A DNA stretch of 64,000 bases from an uncultured delta proteobacterium (lineage in GTDB: Bacteria > Desulfobacterota > Binatia > UBA9968). The notes under the pieces were generated by a model. It was given only the letters and a program-made list of their open reading frames with translations. It ran no database searches and was not told where the DNA came from. The stretch is taken from the NCBI GenBank assembly GCA_963760795.1, contig CAVXEP010000018.1, positions 15,241-79,240 of the forward strand. The letters run 5' to 3'. Positions 27,508 through 37,400 of the stretch are shown here, one piece after another; the stretch's first letter is position 1, and each line of letters begins with the position of its first letter. Position numbers and translations under genes: made by a program.

Positions 27508-28974
27508 ATGAATAACCAGGTTCGCTTCATCGATACGACAATTCGCGACGGCAACCAAAGCCTCTGGGCCTTGAACATGAAGATCGGCTCCATGCTGCCG
27601 GCGCTGCCGCATATGGACGAAGCCGGTTTCGAGTCCATGGAGTTTTTCTTGAGCGTCATCTTCAAAAAATATGTCCGCGAGCACAAAGAGAATCCCTGGT
27701 ATTGGCTCAAGGATGGCACCAGACTGATCAAGAAAACCCGGCTGCGTTACCATGGCGGCATGCATAGCGCCTTCGAGAAGACGCCGCATTGTATTCTCAA
27801 ACTGCTGGTCGAACGGTTGGTTTCCTATGGCCTGACGCTGACGCGCACGTCGAACTGTTGGAACGACTATGACGCCTTCGGCGAAGAGATCGCCGATTTG
27901 AAAAAACATGGCATGGACGCCGTGGCCAATCTTATCTATTCAGTGTCGCCGCGCCATACCGACGAGTACTACGCCAGGAAGGCCAAGGAGGCCGCGGCGG
28001 CCCATCCCTGGCGCATCTGCTTCAAAGACGTCGGCGGCCTGCTCACGCCCGACCGCGCGCGCACGCTGATCCCGGTCGTCTTGAAAGCCGCCGGCGATAT
28101 CCCGGTGGAGTTTCATGCCCACTGCAACAGCGGCCAGGCGCCGCTGAATTACTTGGAAGGCGTCAAGCTCGGCATGCGCATCCTGCACACCGCGATTCCG
28201 CCATTGGCCAACGGCTCATCGCAGCCGTCGATCTTTAACATCGCCAGCAATCTGAAAGCGCTGGGCTACGATCCGCAGATTGACTTGAAGCCGTTGGAGC
28301 CGGTGGTGAAACATTTTACCGCGGTCGCCCAACGCGACGGTCTGCCCATCGGCAAGCCGGTTGAATATGACGAGGGCATGTATCGGCACCAAGTGCCCGG
28401 CGGCATGATCTCCAACATGCGCCATCAACTGAAGATCGTCGGCAAAGAGCATTTGATGGAAGCCGCGCTGGAAGAAGCCGGCCAGGTGCGCAAAGACTTC
28501 GGCTATCCGATCATGGTCACGCCGTTGTCGCAATTCGTCGGCACCCAGGCGGCGATCAACGTCATCGTCGGCGAGCGCTACAAAGAAGTGCCCGACCAGA
28601 ATATCCAGTACGCCTTGGGCTTCTGGGGCAAGGAAGCGATCGAAGTGATGGACCCCAGCGTGCGCGACAAGATACTCAGCCGGCCGCGCGCCAAAGAGTG
28701 GACGCATTGGGAACAGCCGGAGCCGACGTTACATGAGATTCGCCAAAAATACGGCGCCCAGCTGTCCGACGAAGACTTGATTTTGCACTACTTCGCCGGC
28801 GAAGAGTACGTCAAAGCGCTGCCCAACCACGGCAAGCCAATTGAATATCTCGACGCCACCCAACCGCTGGTGAAAATCATCGAGCAGCTAGCGAAGCGCA
28901 AAGACTCGAACCAAGTCTATATCAAACAGCCAGGTTTCACGGTGCGCATGGAAAAACGCGCGACGGTTAGCTAG
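27508..28974 (+). CDS. Carboxyltransferase (pyruvate carboxyltransferase / oxaloacetate decarboxylase alpha / transcarboxylase 5S-like), no biotinyl domain
   Basis: The N-terminus IDTTIRDGNQSLWA (HMGL-like TIM barrel) is followed by the conserved C-terminal carboxyltransferase region. The ORF ends without an AMKM biotin-attachment domain. Confidence 0.8.
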   Translation: MNNQVRFIDTTIRDGNQSLWALNMKIGSMLPALPHMDEAGFESMEFFLSVIFKKYVREHKENPWYWLKDGTRLIKKTRLRYHGGMHSAFEKTPHCILKLLVERLVSYGLTLTRTSNCWNDYDAFGEEIADLKKHGMDAVANLIYSVSPRHTDEYYARKAKEAAAAHPWRICFKDVGGLLTPDRARTLIPVVLKAAGDIPVEFHAHCNSGQAPLNYLEGVKLGMRILHTAIPPLANGSSQPSIFNIASNLKALGYDPQIDLKPLEPVVKHFTAVAQRDGLPIGKPVEYDEGMYRHQVPGGMISNMRHQLKIVGKEHLMEAALEEAGQVRKDFGYPIMVTPLSQFVGTQAAINVIVGERYKEVPDQNIQYALGFWGKEAIEVMDPSVRDKILSRPRAKEWTHWEQPEPTLHEIRQKYGAQLSDEDLILHYFAGEEYVKALPNHGKPIEYLDATQPLVKIIEQLAKRKDSNQVYIKQPGFTVRMEKRATVS

Positions 28975-28978
28975 GAGA

Positions 28979-29042
28979 GACTTCTGACTTCTGACTTCTG
29001 ACTTCAAACGATTTGAACGGCTTGAACGAATGGAACGTTTTG
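28979..29042. repeat. Heptamer tandem (GACTTCT x ~4) followed by a reverse-orientation 9-bp TTGAACG array
   Basis: gacttctgacttctgacttctgacttc then aaacgatttgaacggcttgaacgaatggaacgttttg. Confidence 0.7.
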
Positions 29043-29046
29043 CACC

Positions 29047-29065
29047 GCCGCCGCACAGCGGCGGC
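29047..29065. terminator. GC hairpin between convergent genes
   Basis: gccgccgc-aca-gcggcggc overlaps the stop of the phosphatase gene. No clear U tract, so this is a tentative bidirectional terminator. Confidence 0.4.
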
Positions 29066-29715
29066 TAAGGATCATCCCCCTCGGATGCCGCCCCAGGCGC
29101 CAAATGACTGACATCGCCCCAGGTCAGCAGCATCCAATTGCCGTCTTCATGGGCGAAGACGTTTAAGCCGGCGTTAACGAACTCGAAGCGGCGCGGCGCT
29201 TCGAGAGAAATCTCCAAGGTGTGGCGAAAAAAACCGCTCACCACGCCGCCATGGGTGACCACGACGATCTGCTCGCCTACATGTCTGGCCGCGAGGTCGT
29301 TGAGGCAAGCCATATTGCGTTCGACCTGCTGCACCATGCTCTCGCCACCGGGAATGACATAGCCAGGTCCCTGGCTGCGCATCGCCCGGCGCTCTTCCGG
29401 ATACTTCGCACTAATTTCCTCGCCGTTGAGTCCTTGGAAAATCCCGAGATGACGCTCGCGCAAGCGCGCGTCGGTAACGATCGCGTGGCCCGTGACCTTT
29501 GAGACCTCTTGCGCCGTCTGCACCGCCCTACCGAGGTCGCTGCTGTACAACGCCGTGAACTTCTCCCGCGCCAAACGCTGCCCCAACGCCTTTGCTTGAG
29601 CCATTCCCCTGGCCGTCAGCGGACTATCGAGATAGCCCTGGCGAATGCCGCGAATGTTCCATTCGGTCTGGCCATGGCGAACGATGATGATTTGCGTGCG
29701 GTTCATGGACTCCAT
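29065..29715 (-). CDS. Histidine phosphatase family protein (phosphoglycerate mutase-like)
   Basis: IIIVRHGQTEWN RHG motif; SDLGRA; VVVTHGG. Confidence 0.85.
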   Translation of the reverse strand: MESMNRTQIIIVRHGQTEWNIRGIRQGYLDSPLTARGMAQAKALGQRLAREKFTALYSSDLGRAVQTAQEVSKVTGHAIVTDARLRERHLGIFQGLNGEEISAKYPEERRAMRSQGPGYVIPGGESMVQQVERNMACLNDLAARHVGEQIVVVTHGGVVSGFFRHTLEISLEAPRRFEFVNAGLNVFAHEDGNWMLLTWGDVSHLAPGAASEGDDP

Positions 29716-29877
29716 ACCTCGCGATCAATGCTAAATGTCACGGTCTCAGGAATAAAGTCAAACCCACAGCCGTAAATCTGACATCATAATAGTTCAGTCA
29801 TAGAAGCTGAGAGTTTGTGCTTGTCGTTATGCCGCCGCTCTGCTATCCAAAGAGCAAATTTCGCGGTCCGATACCCC

Positions 29878-32193
29878 ATGTCGCAATTCCCTGCTCCGCA
29901 ACAGTCCGCTCTCCGCGTCGTCGGCCAGTCGGTCACTCGCGTCGACGCCCATAGCAAGATCACCGGCGCCGCCGAGTTTTCCGGCGACCGTCTGTCGGTC
30001 GAGAATCTGCTGTACGGAAAAACCCTGCGCAGTCCCCATGCTCATGCGCAGATCGTCGCCATCGACACCGCGAAAGCCGAGGCGTTACCCGGCGTACGTG
30101 CGGTGATCACTTATCGCGATGTGCCGGCAATCCCGTTCGAAGCCGGTGATGATTCAGGGTCTGACGGAGCGGTGGCGCCGGTTTATTTACTCAATCGAAC
30201 CTTGCGTCACGTCGGCGACGAAGTCGCGGCCATAGCCGCCGACACCGAAGAGATCGCCGAAGAAGCACTGCGCTTGATTCAAGTCGACTATCGTTCCCTG
30301 CCCTTCGTCTTGAATGAAGAGCGCGCCCTCGAAGCCAATGCGCCGTCGGTGCGCGGCGGCGCTAACTTGGCCGGCAAAGAAGCGATCGAATTCTCGCGCG
30401 GCAATGTCGACGTCGGCATGCGGGAAGCTGCGCAGATCTTCGAGCAAACCTATCGCACGCAATCCACCAGTCCCCTGGCGCTGGAGCCGCGCTACGCCGT
30501 GGCGTCCTGGCAAGGCGATCGGCTCACGGTATGGAAGGCCAGTCGCAACGTCTACGGCGATCGCGACAAGCTCGCCAAGACATTCTCACTGCCGCCGGAC
30601 CGCGTCCGTGTCGTCGCCACCTATCTTGGCGGCGGCTTCGGCAGCAAAGATGAAACCCGATTAGGACTCATCACCGCGCTGCTCGCGCGCCGGGCCGGCC
30701 GGCCCGTGCGCATGGGCTACAGTCGCGAGGAAGAACTCGGTTATGGCAAATGGCGCCACGCCACCACGACGCATATTCGCATGGGCATCAAAGCGGACGG
30801 CAGCATCGCCGCCATCGACACCACCAGCGCGCTCAACACCGGCCCCTACGCGCCCGGCTACGGCGTCGCTTCCCGGCTGGGCCACGGGCTCACTTATCTT
30901 TACAGCTGCGCCAACGCGCGCTTCATCGGCAAAGTCGCCTACACCAATAGTCCCGTGGCCGGCTCCTATCGCGGTCTCGGCGCGCCGCAGGCCCATTTCG
31001 CCCTGGAATCCTTCGCCGACGAAGTCGCGGAAAGTCTACGCATCGACCCGCTGGAGTTCCGCTTGCGCCACTGCGTGGGCCCCGAAGGCCAACCGGGAGA
31101 GCGCGTGACAGCACTTGACAGTTTAGTTCCATCACAACCGATCGAAGGCGGCGTGCCCTTTTCCAGCAATCTCTTGGCGCAATGTCTCAAAGAAGGGGCG
31201 AAGCGAATCGGTTGGCAGGCGCGCCCCAACGGTCCGCGCAAACGGCTAGTCAACGGCAAGTATCGCGGCATGGGTTTGGCCGCGTGCATTTACAAAACCG
31301 GGCAATCCCAATCGTCGGCCAGGGTCAAACTATCAGCCGACGGCAGCGCCGAACTTTCGATGAGCATCACCGAGATCGGCCAAGGCGCATGGACGATCCT
31401 CAGTCAGATCGTCGCCGAAACTCTCGGGATGGATATGGCAAAAGTTCACGCGACCTTTGCCGACACCGACACCACGCCGTTCGCGCACAGCACTTCCGGC
31501 AGCACGACGACGTTCACGTCAGGACTGGCCGCGCAACAAGCCGCCGAAGACGCCAAGCGCCAGCTACTCGAAAGCGCCGCGAAATTGCTCGAAGCGGAGC
31601 CGGCGAAATTGCTGTGGCGCGATGAATTTGTCGTGATCGTCGACACGCCGGAAATAAAAATTCCCGTCGGTCACGTCGTCCGGCGCCAGCCTGAACAGAC
31701 CATCGTCGGCGAGGCCAAACTGCGCGCCGGCAGCACGACCCACATCATCAATTCCTTCGCCGCCCACTTCGCCGCGGTCGAAGTCGACCCCGACACCGGC
31801 GGCGTGCGCGTGCTCAACTACGTCGCCGTGCATGACTCCGGCAGGATCATCCATCCCGAAGCGGCGCGCGGCCAGATCATCGGCGGCGTCGTCCAAGGCA
31901 TCGGCTACGCGCTGATGGAAGAGATCCCCATGGACCCTGACACCGGCGCGCCGCTAACGCTCAACCTGGACTCGTTCAAGATCCCCAACTTGATCGATAT
32001 CCCACCCATCGAAGCAATATTCATCGAACAGCCCGACCCCATCGGCCCCTACGGCGCAAAGGCGCTCGGCGAACCGCCCCTCGTGCCCGTAGCCGCAGCG
32101 ATCGCCAATGCCGTCAACGACGCCACCGGCGTGCGCATCCGTGAGTTGCCAATCACCGCGGAGAAGGTGCTGCGGGGACTGCACGGAATTTGA
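29878..32193 (+). CDS. Xanthine dehydrogenase/aldehyde oxidase family molybdopterin-binding large subunit
   Basis: Start MSQFPAPQQSALRVVGQSVTRVDAHSKITG (a/b hammerhead), then GGGFG, and a C-terminal ...GAKALGEPP... region. Confidence 0.85.
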   Translation: MSQFPAPQQSALRVVGQSVTRVDAHSKITGAAEFSGDRLSVENLLYGKTLRSPHAHAQIVAIDTAKAEALPGVRAVITYRDVPAIPFEAGDDSGSDGAVAPVYLLNRTLRHVGDEVAAIAADTEEIAEEALRLIQVDYRSLPFVLNEERALEANAPSVRGGANLAGKEAIEFSRGNVDVGMREAAQIFEQTYRTQSTSPLALEPRYAVASWQGDRLTVWKASRNVYGDRDKLAKTFSLPPDRVRVVATYLGGGFGSKDETRLGLITALLARRAGRPVRMGYSREEELGYGKWRHATTTHIRMGIKADGSIAAIDTTSALNTGPYAPGYGVASRLGHGLTYLYSCANARFIGKVAYTNSPVAGSYRGLGAPQAHFALESFADEVAESLRIDPLEFRLRHCVGPEGQPGERVTALDSLVPSQPIEGGVPFSSNLLAQCLKEGAKRIGWQARPNGPRKRLVNGKYRGMGLAACIYKTGQSQSSARVKLSADGSAELSMSITEIGQGAWTILSQIVAETLGMDMAKVHATFADTDTTPFAHSTSGSTTTFTSGLAAQQAAEDAKRQLLESAAKLLEAEPAKLLWRDEFVVIVDTPEIKIPVGHVVRRQPEQTIVGEAKLRAGSTTHIINSFAAHFAAVEVDPDTGGVRVLNYVAVHDSGRIIHPEAARGQIIGGVVQGIGYALMEEIPMDPDTGAPLTLNLDSFKIPNLIDIPPIEAIFIEQPDPIGPYGAKALGEPPLVPVAAAIANAVNDATGVRIRELPITAEKVLRGLHGI

Positions 32194-32211
32194 ATCGCGT
32201 TAGGACATTTA

Positions 32212-33024
32212 ATGCCCATACTGAAACGCTGCAACGTCGACATTCATTACGAAACCCACGGCGCCGGCACACCATTGCTATTTTTCTGTGAAACCGCCTG
32301 CGCCGGCGACATCTGGCACACCTTTCAGGTCCCGGAATTTTCCCGGGATCACTTGGTCATCACCCACGACTATCGCGGCACGGGCAAGTCGAGCCGGCCG
32401 ATCGAGCAATATTCCTGCGACGATTTCGTCGACGATGCGGTGGCCATACTCGATCAATTGAACGTCGGTCAAGCCATTCTCCTCGGACATTCGATGGGCG
32501 GGCGGGTGGCGCTATTGATGGCGCTGAAATACCCGGACAGAGTTAAGAAAATAATTGCCGCGTCGGTCGGCGCCGGAGTCGCCAATGCGCCGCCGATCCC
32601 GTTCAAGATGTGCAAAGAGATGGTCGCGTGGGGTTATGAGAAATATGTCCGCGAGCATACCTTGGAGGTCGGCTGGACACAGGAATATATTGAGCAACAC
32701 CCCGACCGCGTCGATCAATTTCTGAAGGTTCGCATGAGCAACTTGCCGACGTTGGACGACTACCTGCGCCATGTCGTCGCCCGCCAGGCTTGCGACGTCA
32801 GTCAGCGTCTTGGCGCGATTAAACAGCCGGCGCTGGTTCTCGTCGGCGACCAAGATCACGGCTCGGCCACCGGCGCGTCGCATCGGGTGGCGTCCGAAGC
32901 CATGGCCAAAGCGCTGCCCAACGGCCAATATGCCGTCATCCCCAATGAAGCGCACAACTATTTCATGACCAACCCGGGCCAGGCGCACCGCATCATCAGA
33001 CAGTTTCTCGCCGCGAATTCCTAG
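32212..33024 (+). CDS. Alpha/beta hydrolase
   Basis: LLFFCE...; nucleophile elbow GHSMGG; C-terminal His context PNEAHN. Confidence 0.85.
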   Translation: MPILKRCNVDIHYETHGAGTPLLFFCETACAGDIWHTFQVPEFSRDHLVITHDYRGTGKSSRPIEQYSCDDFVDDAVAILDQLNVGQAILLGHSMGGRVALLMALKYPDRVKKIIAASVGAGVANAPPIPFKMCKEMVAWGYEKYVREHTLEVGWTQEYIEQHPDRVDQFLKVRMSNLPTLDDYLRHVVARQACDVSQRLGAIKQPALVLVGDQDHGSATGASHRVASEAMAKALPNGQYAVIPNEAHNYFMTNPGQAHRIIRQFLAANS

Positions 33025-33173
33025 GGTGCGCTCGCCGCACTGGAGTTCGGACTGGTGCCCAATGCGCACTCGACCATCTACTACTCCATTGACGCGGCGA
33101 CCCACTTCAGTGTAACTGAGATTCTGCGAAGCCAAACACTAGACTCCAGACCCTAACCTTTCGGAGGAACCCC

Positions 33174-33983
33174 ATGCTCGCCAAAATCCGCCATATCGCC
33201 ATGTACACCCACAACCACGCCGCGGTGGACAATTTTTATCAGCAGGTCTTCGGCATGCGGCGCATGACCAGCAACACGCTGGATGAAACGGGCAAACAAA
33301 ATGCCAGCCGCGGCCATATCAGCGACGGCGTCATCGGTCTGGCGGTATTGTCGCGCTACGCCGGCATGCAGTCCGGAATGGACCACTATGGTTTTGAAGT
33401 CGAGGATATCAAAGAGTTTGTCCGACGCATGGAACAGCAGTATCCGAAATCGATGATCGCCAAGGGATTGGAGTACGTGCCCTTCGCAGGCCTGCGCAGC
33501 TACGATCCGGCAGGCACCCAGTTCGACATTGCCCAAGCCCATGTCGCCAACGTCCGCGAAGGTTACAACGAATCCGGTTGGGAGCAGCCGCGCTGGATCA
33601 ATCACATCTCGATCCGCGCCAACGACCCCGGTCAGGTCGCCGAATTCTACGAAAAAATATTCGAGCTGAAGGAAGCCGAAACCTACAAAGACGACGGCTC
33701 CATCTGCATGACCGATGGCAAAGTGAAGCTGCTGCTCCGCCCCCGCGACAACAGCCTGTACCGCGGCCTGCGCGAGGGGCTCGATCACTTTGGCTTCAAA
33801 GTGGAAAGCTTGGCCAAGACCCAAAACGACCTGGCGGCGCTCGCTGAAAGCGCGCCGCCGTCCGCGAGCGGCAAATTTGTCGGCGGCAACGGCAAGAAGA
33901 ACGAGGAAGACTTTCACCGCTGCTGCCTTGGCCAGCATTTTGTCGCCGACCCCGATGGTGTGTTGATCGATATGGCGGAATAA
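33174..33983 (+). CDS. Two-domain VOC-fold protein (glyoxalase/extradiol dioxygenase-like)
   Basis: Two repeats of the betaalphabetabetabeta module: IRHIAMYT...DHYGFEV and INHISIRA...DHFGFKV. Confidence 0.75.
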   Translation: MLAKIRHIAMYTHNHAAVDNFYQQVFGMRRMTSNTLDETGKQNASRGHISDGVIGLAVLSRYAGMQSGMDHYGFEVEDIKEFVRRMEQQYPKSMIAKGLEYVPFAGLRSYDPAGTQFDIAQAHVANVREGYNESGWEQPRWINHISIRANDPGQVAEFYEKIFELKEAETYKDDGSICMTDGKVKLLLRPRDNSLYRGLREGLDHFGFKVESLAKTQNDLAALAESAPPSASGKFVGGNGKKNEEDFHRCCLGQHFVADPDGVLIDMAE

Positions 33984-34041
33984 CAATCTATTAGAAATAC
34001 GGAGTGAATTTTACTCCTTACTTCCCCGCTGAGGAGCATTC

Positions 34042-34833
34042 ATGCGCGACCTCGGACTTACAGATAAAGTCGTTCTGATCACCGGTGGCGGCGGCGTGCT
34101 CGGCTCGGCGTTTGCCCGCGGCTTCGCCGATTCCGGCGCAAAGCTCGCTATCGGCGACTTCGTGCGCGACAAAGCGGCGAAAGTCGCCAACGATCTAATT
34201 GCGCGCGGCACCGATGCCATTGGCGTCGGCGCCGACGTGACCAAGGAAGATCAGGTTGCTAAGATGATCGCCGACGTGGTCGGCCGCTTCGGCACTATCG
34301 ATATTTTAGTAAATGCCGCCGCGGTGCAAATTTACCCCGGAAAAGAAATTACCGAAGTCGAGTCCAACGAGTGGGACTTTGTCTTGGGCATAGGCCTCAA
34401 GGGGATCTACATGTGTTCCAGGCAAGTTGTGCCGGTGATGAAAAAAGCCGGCCGCGGCAAGATCGTCAACATCGCTTCCATCGCCGGCCATCGCGGCCTG
34501 CCGGGCGGCTCGGCCTACAGCGCAGCTAAAGGCGGCGTCGTCAATCTCACCAGACAGATGGGCGTCGAGCTCGGCAAGTATCATATCAATGTCAATTCGA
34601 TCAGCCCCGGCTTCACACCCAACCGTTTGACCAGCGTCAATCAATACGCCGGCAAACCGGACGACAGCAGCCAAACTCTGGCCGCCGGTGTCAATCTAAC
34701 CGTACCGCCGTTGGGCAGAAACGGAGACATCGAAGATTACGTCGGACCGGTGCTCTTTCTCGCCTCTGCTTGGGCGGACTACATCACCGGCGCAGATATT
34801 CCCGTCGAGGGCGGCAGGATGGCAGCGCGATGA
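34042..34833 (+). CDS. Classical SDR oxidoreductase
   Basis: TGGGGVLG cofactor motif; NAAA; YSAAKGG catalytic motif. Confidence 0.9.
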   Translation: MRDLGLTDKVVLITGGGGVLGSAFARGFADSGAKLAIGDFVRDKAAKVANDLIARGTDAIGVGADVTKEDQVAKMIADVVGRFGTIDILVNAAAVQIYPGKEITEVESNEWDFVLGIGLKGIYMCSRQVVPVMKKAGRGKIVNIASIAGHRGLPGGSAYSAAKGGVVNLTRQMGVELGKYHINVNSISPGFTPNRLTSVNQYAGKPDDSSQTLAAGVNLTVPPLGRNGDIEDYVGPVLFLASAWADYITGADIPVEGGRMAAR

Positions 34834-34890
34834 CGATGGCTGCGCCCCATTGCACGTCAAGAAACTGACACCGGCGATATTAATCTTTAG

Positions 34891-35580
34891 TTAGTTGAGG
34901 GTTCGCGGCGCGATCTCAATGTCACTGGTGGCCGGGCCGGCGCCGAGCTTCAGCAAATCGATGAGCATGTTTTCGCGGTCCTGGAGCGTCGCGGCTTCGA
35001 GCAGCGCCTGCTTTTCAGCGGGATGAAAGGGCAGCGACACGCCGAGGAGATTGACCAGCTCTAGATCCGAGAACTTCGCCGCTTGATCGGCATTGACCTG
35101 CATGCCATGGGCGGTGCCAAAGACCGATAGCGCTTCGATAATCGCCGCACGCGCACAGTGCCAGTCTTGCTCCAGTTCGGCGTCGGCGAATTCATTATAG
35201 TGCGCTTTGACCCTGCGGTAACCGCGCTGCAACGGCAACTCTTCGGCAAAGCGAAATCGGCTAACCCCCTTGAGCTGCACGAAGAACCGTCCATCTGGCA
35301 ACTTTTCACACGTTTCCATGAAACCGGCGCAGCCGACTTTATAGAGATCCGGCGCGCTGTTCTCGGCCTCAGGCTGAGGTCCGCGATTATCGTTCTGTGG
35401 CGCGTAGGGCTGGATCATGCCGAACATTTTGTCGCCTTGCTGGGCGTCTTCGACCATGGCGCGATAGCGCGGCTCAAAGATATGCAGCGGCAAAACCGTG
35501 CCTGGCAACATCATCACGCCAGTCAATGGAAAAACCGGGAGAATCTCCGGACACTTCATTTGTGGGATGGTCATGGTCAC
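34891..35580 (-). CDS. LON N-terminal substrate-binding domain protein
   Basis: LPVFPLTGVMMLPGTVLPLHIFEPRYRAMV is the canonical LON-N opening. Confidence 0.8.
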   Translation of the reverse strand: MTMTIPQMKCPEILPVFPLTGVMMLPGTVLPLHIFEPRYRAMVEDAQQGDKMFGMIQPYAPQNDNRGPQPEAENSAPDLYKVGCAGFMETCEKLPDGRFFVQLKGVSRFRFAEELPLQRGYRRVKAHYNEFADAELEQDWHCARAAIIEALSVFGTAHGMQVNADQAAKFSDLELVNLLGVSLPFHPAEKQALLEAATLQDRENMLIDLLKLGAGPATSDIEIAPRTLN

Positions 35581-35807
35581 AAGCTCGCCCTCTGACTTGG
35601 TTATAGGTTATGCGGTGAAATCGGTCAAGACGAAGGCAAATTCAGCGATCCGCGCAATCCGATTGCGCCATCGGTCATGGGTCGTCGGGCCGATGGTTCA
35701 CGCCTGATAAGTGAATACTACCCGCGCGCGCTTGCAATCGATCCGGCCGGTATTCTATTTTGTCGTCCATCCGCTTGAACTCATTCACGGAATAAGGAAA
35801 TCGCACC

Positions 35808-36240
35808 ATGGCCGAATTCATTCCGGTGGAAACCGGCAGGGCTAAAGAATTTCTCGACGAACAATCATCATGGCGTGCTCGCCACCCGGCGCAAAAACGG
35901 CGACTTGCAGATGTCGCCGGTAACCTGCGGTCTCGATGGCGCAGGCCGAGCGGTGATCAGCAGCCGCGAGACCGCGTACAAGGTCAACAATCTGCGCCGC
36001 GATCCGCGCGCCGCCCTATGCACGTTCGGCAATACGTTTCACGGCGAAGGCTGGGTCCAAGTCAGCGGCAAGGCCGAAATCGTTTCGCTACCCGAAGCCC
36101 TCGACACTCTGGTCTACTTGCAGCGCCAAGTCTACGGCGAGCACAAGAGCTGGCCGGAATTTCACCAACGCATGGCGCGCGAGCAGCGCGTGATCATTCG
36201 CATCTCCCTCGAAAGCGTCGGCCCTAAAGTGCGCGGCTAA
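35808..36240 (+). CDS. PPOX-class (pyridoxamine 5'-phosphate oxidase-like, probably F420-dependent) protein, one apparent frameshift near 35864
   Basis: MAEFIPVETGRAKEFLDEQ joins HHGVLATRRKNGDLQMSPV... in ORF 35875..36240. Confidence 0.65.
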
Positions 36241-36256
36241 CCGCGCCTATCAAACG

Positions 36257-36901
36257 ATGCAGTGTCGCGCCCGAACCTTGACAAGAGTGAAGCCGCTAAG
36301 ACTGCTTTGGCTGGTTGCGTTATTGCTCCTCATTGACGTCGCGAGCGCGGGACTCTCGGGTCTGGCAGCGCCGGCGAACCGTTTCTTAGCCGGCCAATTG
36401 CTCGTCGCCAGCAGCGAAATGAAGGACCCGCGTTTCGCCGAATCGATCATCTACCTGGTAAAACACGATGACACAGGCGCACTCGGTTTAGTCGTCAACA
36501 AGCCGGTTGCCAAGGTGCCCTTCGACGAACTGCTGAAAGGCTTTGGCATCGAGGACAAAGGCGCCAAGGGCGAAATCGTTGTGCATTACGGCGGGCCGGT
36601 AAGCCGCCATCAAGGGTTTGTCCTGCATAGCGATGACTGGGTCCTAGATAGCAGCACCAAAGTCAAAGACGGCGTCGCCATGACCGCCGACGCCAAAATG
36701 GTGCAAGCGCTCGCGGTCGGCAAAGGTCCGCGCCAAGCGTTGCTAATCTTGGGCTACGCCGGTTGGGCCGCCGGCCAGTTGGAAATGGAACTCAAAGACA
36801 ATTCATGGTTCGCGATCGCCGCTGACAAGTCGTTAGTCTTCGGCAATGAACCCGAGAAAAAATGGCGCCGCGCCATGGACAAAAGACAGATACCGCTGTG
36901 A
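36257..36901 (+). CDS. YqgE/AlgH family protein with hydrophobic N-terminal extension
   Basis: LAGQLLVASSEMKDPRFAESIIYLVKHDDTGALGLVVNKP ... LGYAGWAAGQLEMEL matches UPF0301. Confidence 0.8.
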   Translation: MQCRARTLTRVKPLRLLWLVALLLLIDVASAGLSGLAAPANRFLAGQLLVASSEMKDPRFAESIIYLVKHDDTGALGLVVNKPVAKVPFDELLKGFGIEDKGAKGEIVVHYGGPVSRHQGFVLHSDDWVLDSSTKVKDGVAMTADAKMVQALAVGKGPRQALLILGYAGWAAGQLEMELKDNSWFAIAADKSLVFGNEPEKKWRRAMDKRQIPL

Positions 36902-36967
36902 TATGAAAGAACCGGCAGAGCTCGGAAACGGACACCGGGACACAGCCAACATCATTTGGGAGAACTT

Positions 36968-37319
36968 ATGAAAATCGTCAGACTCTACAGCGGCAGCGAT
37001 CAAAAATCGCACTTTGAAGAAATCGAACTAAGATTCGCCGGCAACCAACCGATGCTCAGCACCGACATGCGCGCCGCCACCGGCGCGGTGTTTCGCTCCG
37101 CTCCCGTGGGACTATTCTTGGAGCGCCATCCCGCGCCGCGACGGCAGTATCTCGTCACCCTCTCCGGCTCCTGGGAGATCGAAGCGAGCAACGGCGTCAA
37201 GCGGGTATTTACAAACCGGCGACGTCATGCTCGCCGACGACACCAGCGGCGAAGGCCACACCTCGCGCGTGCTCGGCAGCGAGCCCCATGTGTTCATGAC
37301 CGTGCCACTGGCGGATTAG
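36968..37319 (+). CDS. Small cupin-like protein (one apparent frameshift near 37214)
   Basis: GGGAGA RBS plus ATG 36968 (MKIVRLYSGSDQKSHFEEIEL...). It continues in the +1 frame as GDVMLADDTSGEGHTSRVLGSEPHVFMTVPLAD*. Confidence 0.45.
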
Positions 37320-37328
37320 AAGATAATA

Positions 37329-37371
37329 GGTTCCAGTCGTTCCAAACGTTCAAATCGTTGCAGTCGTTTGG
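37329..37371 (+). repeat. 9-bp CGTTCCA/CGTTCAA tandem array
   Basis: ggttccagt cgttccaaa cgttcaaat cgttgcagt cgtttgg, 10 nt after the stop. Confidence 0.7.
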
Positions 37372-37400
37372 CACCCGCAATCGAGCATCCCGGAGAAATT

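Noticed and set aside
32512-33986. 207-aa and 277-aa minus-strand ORFs (32512..33135, 33153..33986)
   Set aside because: They are antisense to the alpha/beta hydrolase and VOC genes, which carry clear motifs (GHSMGG; duplicated VOC modules).
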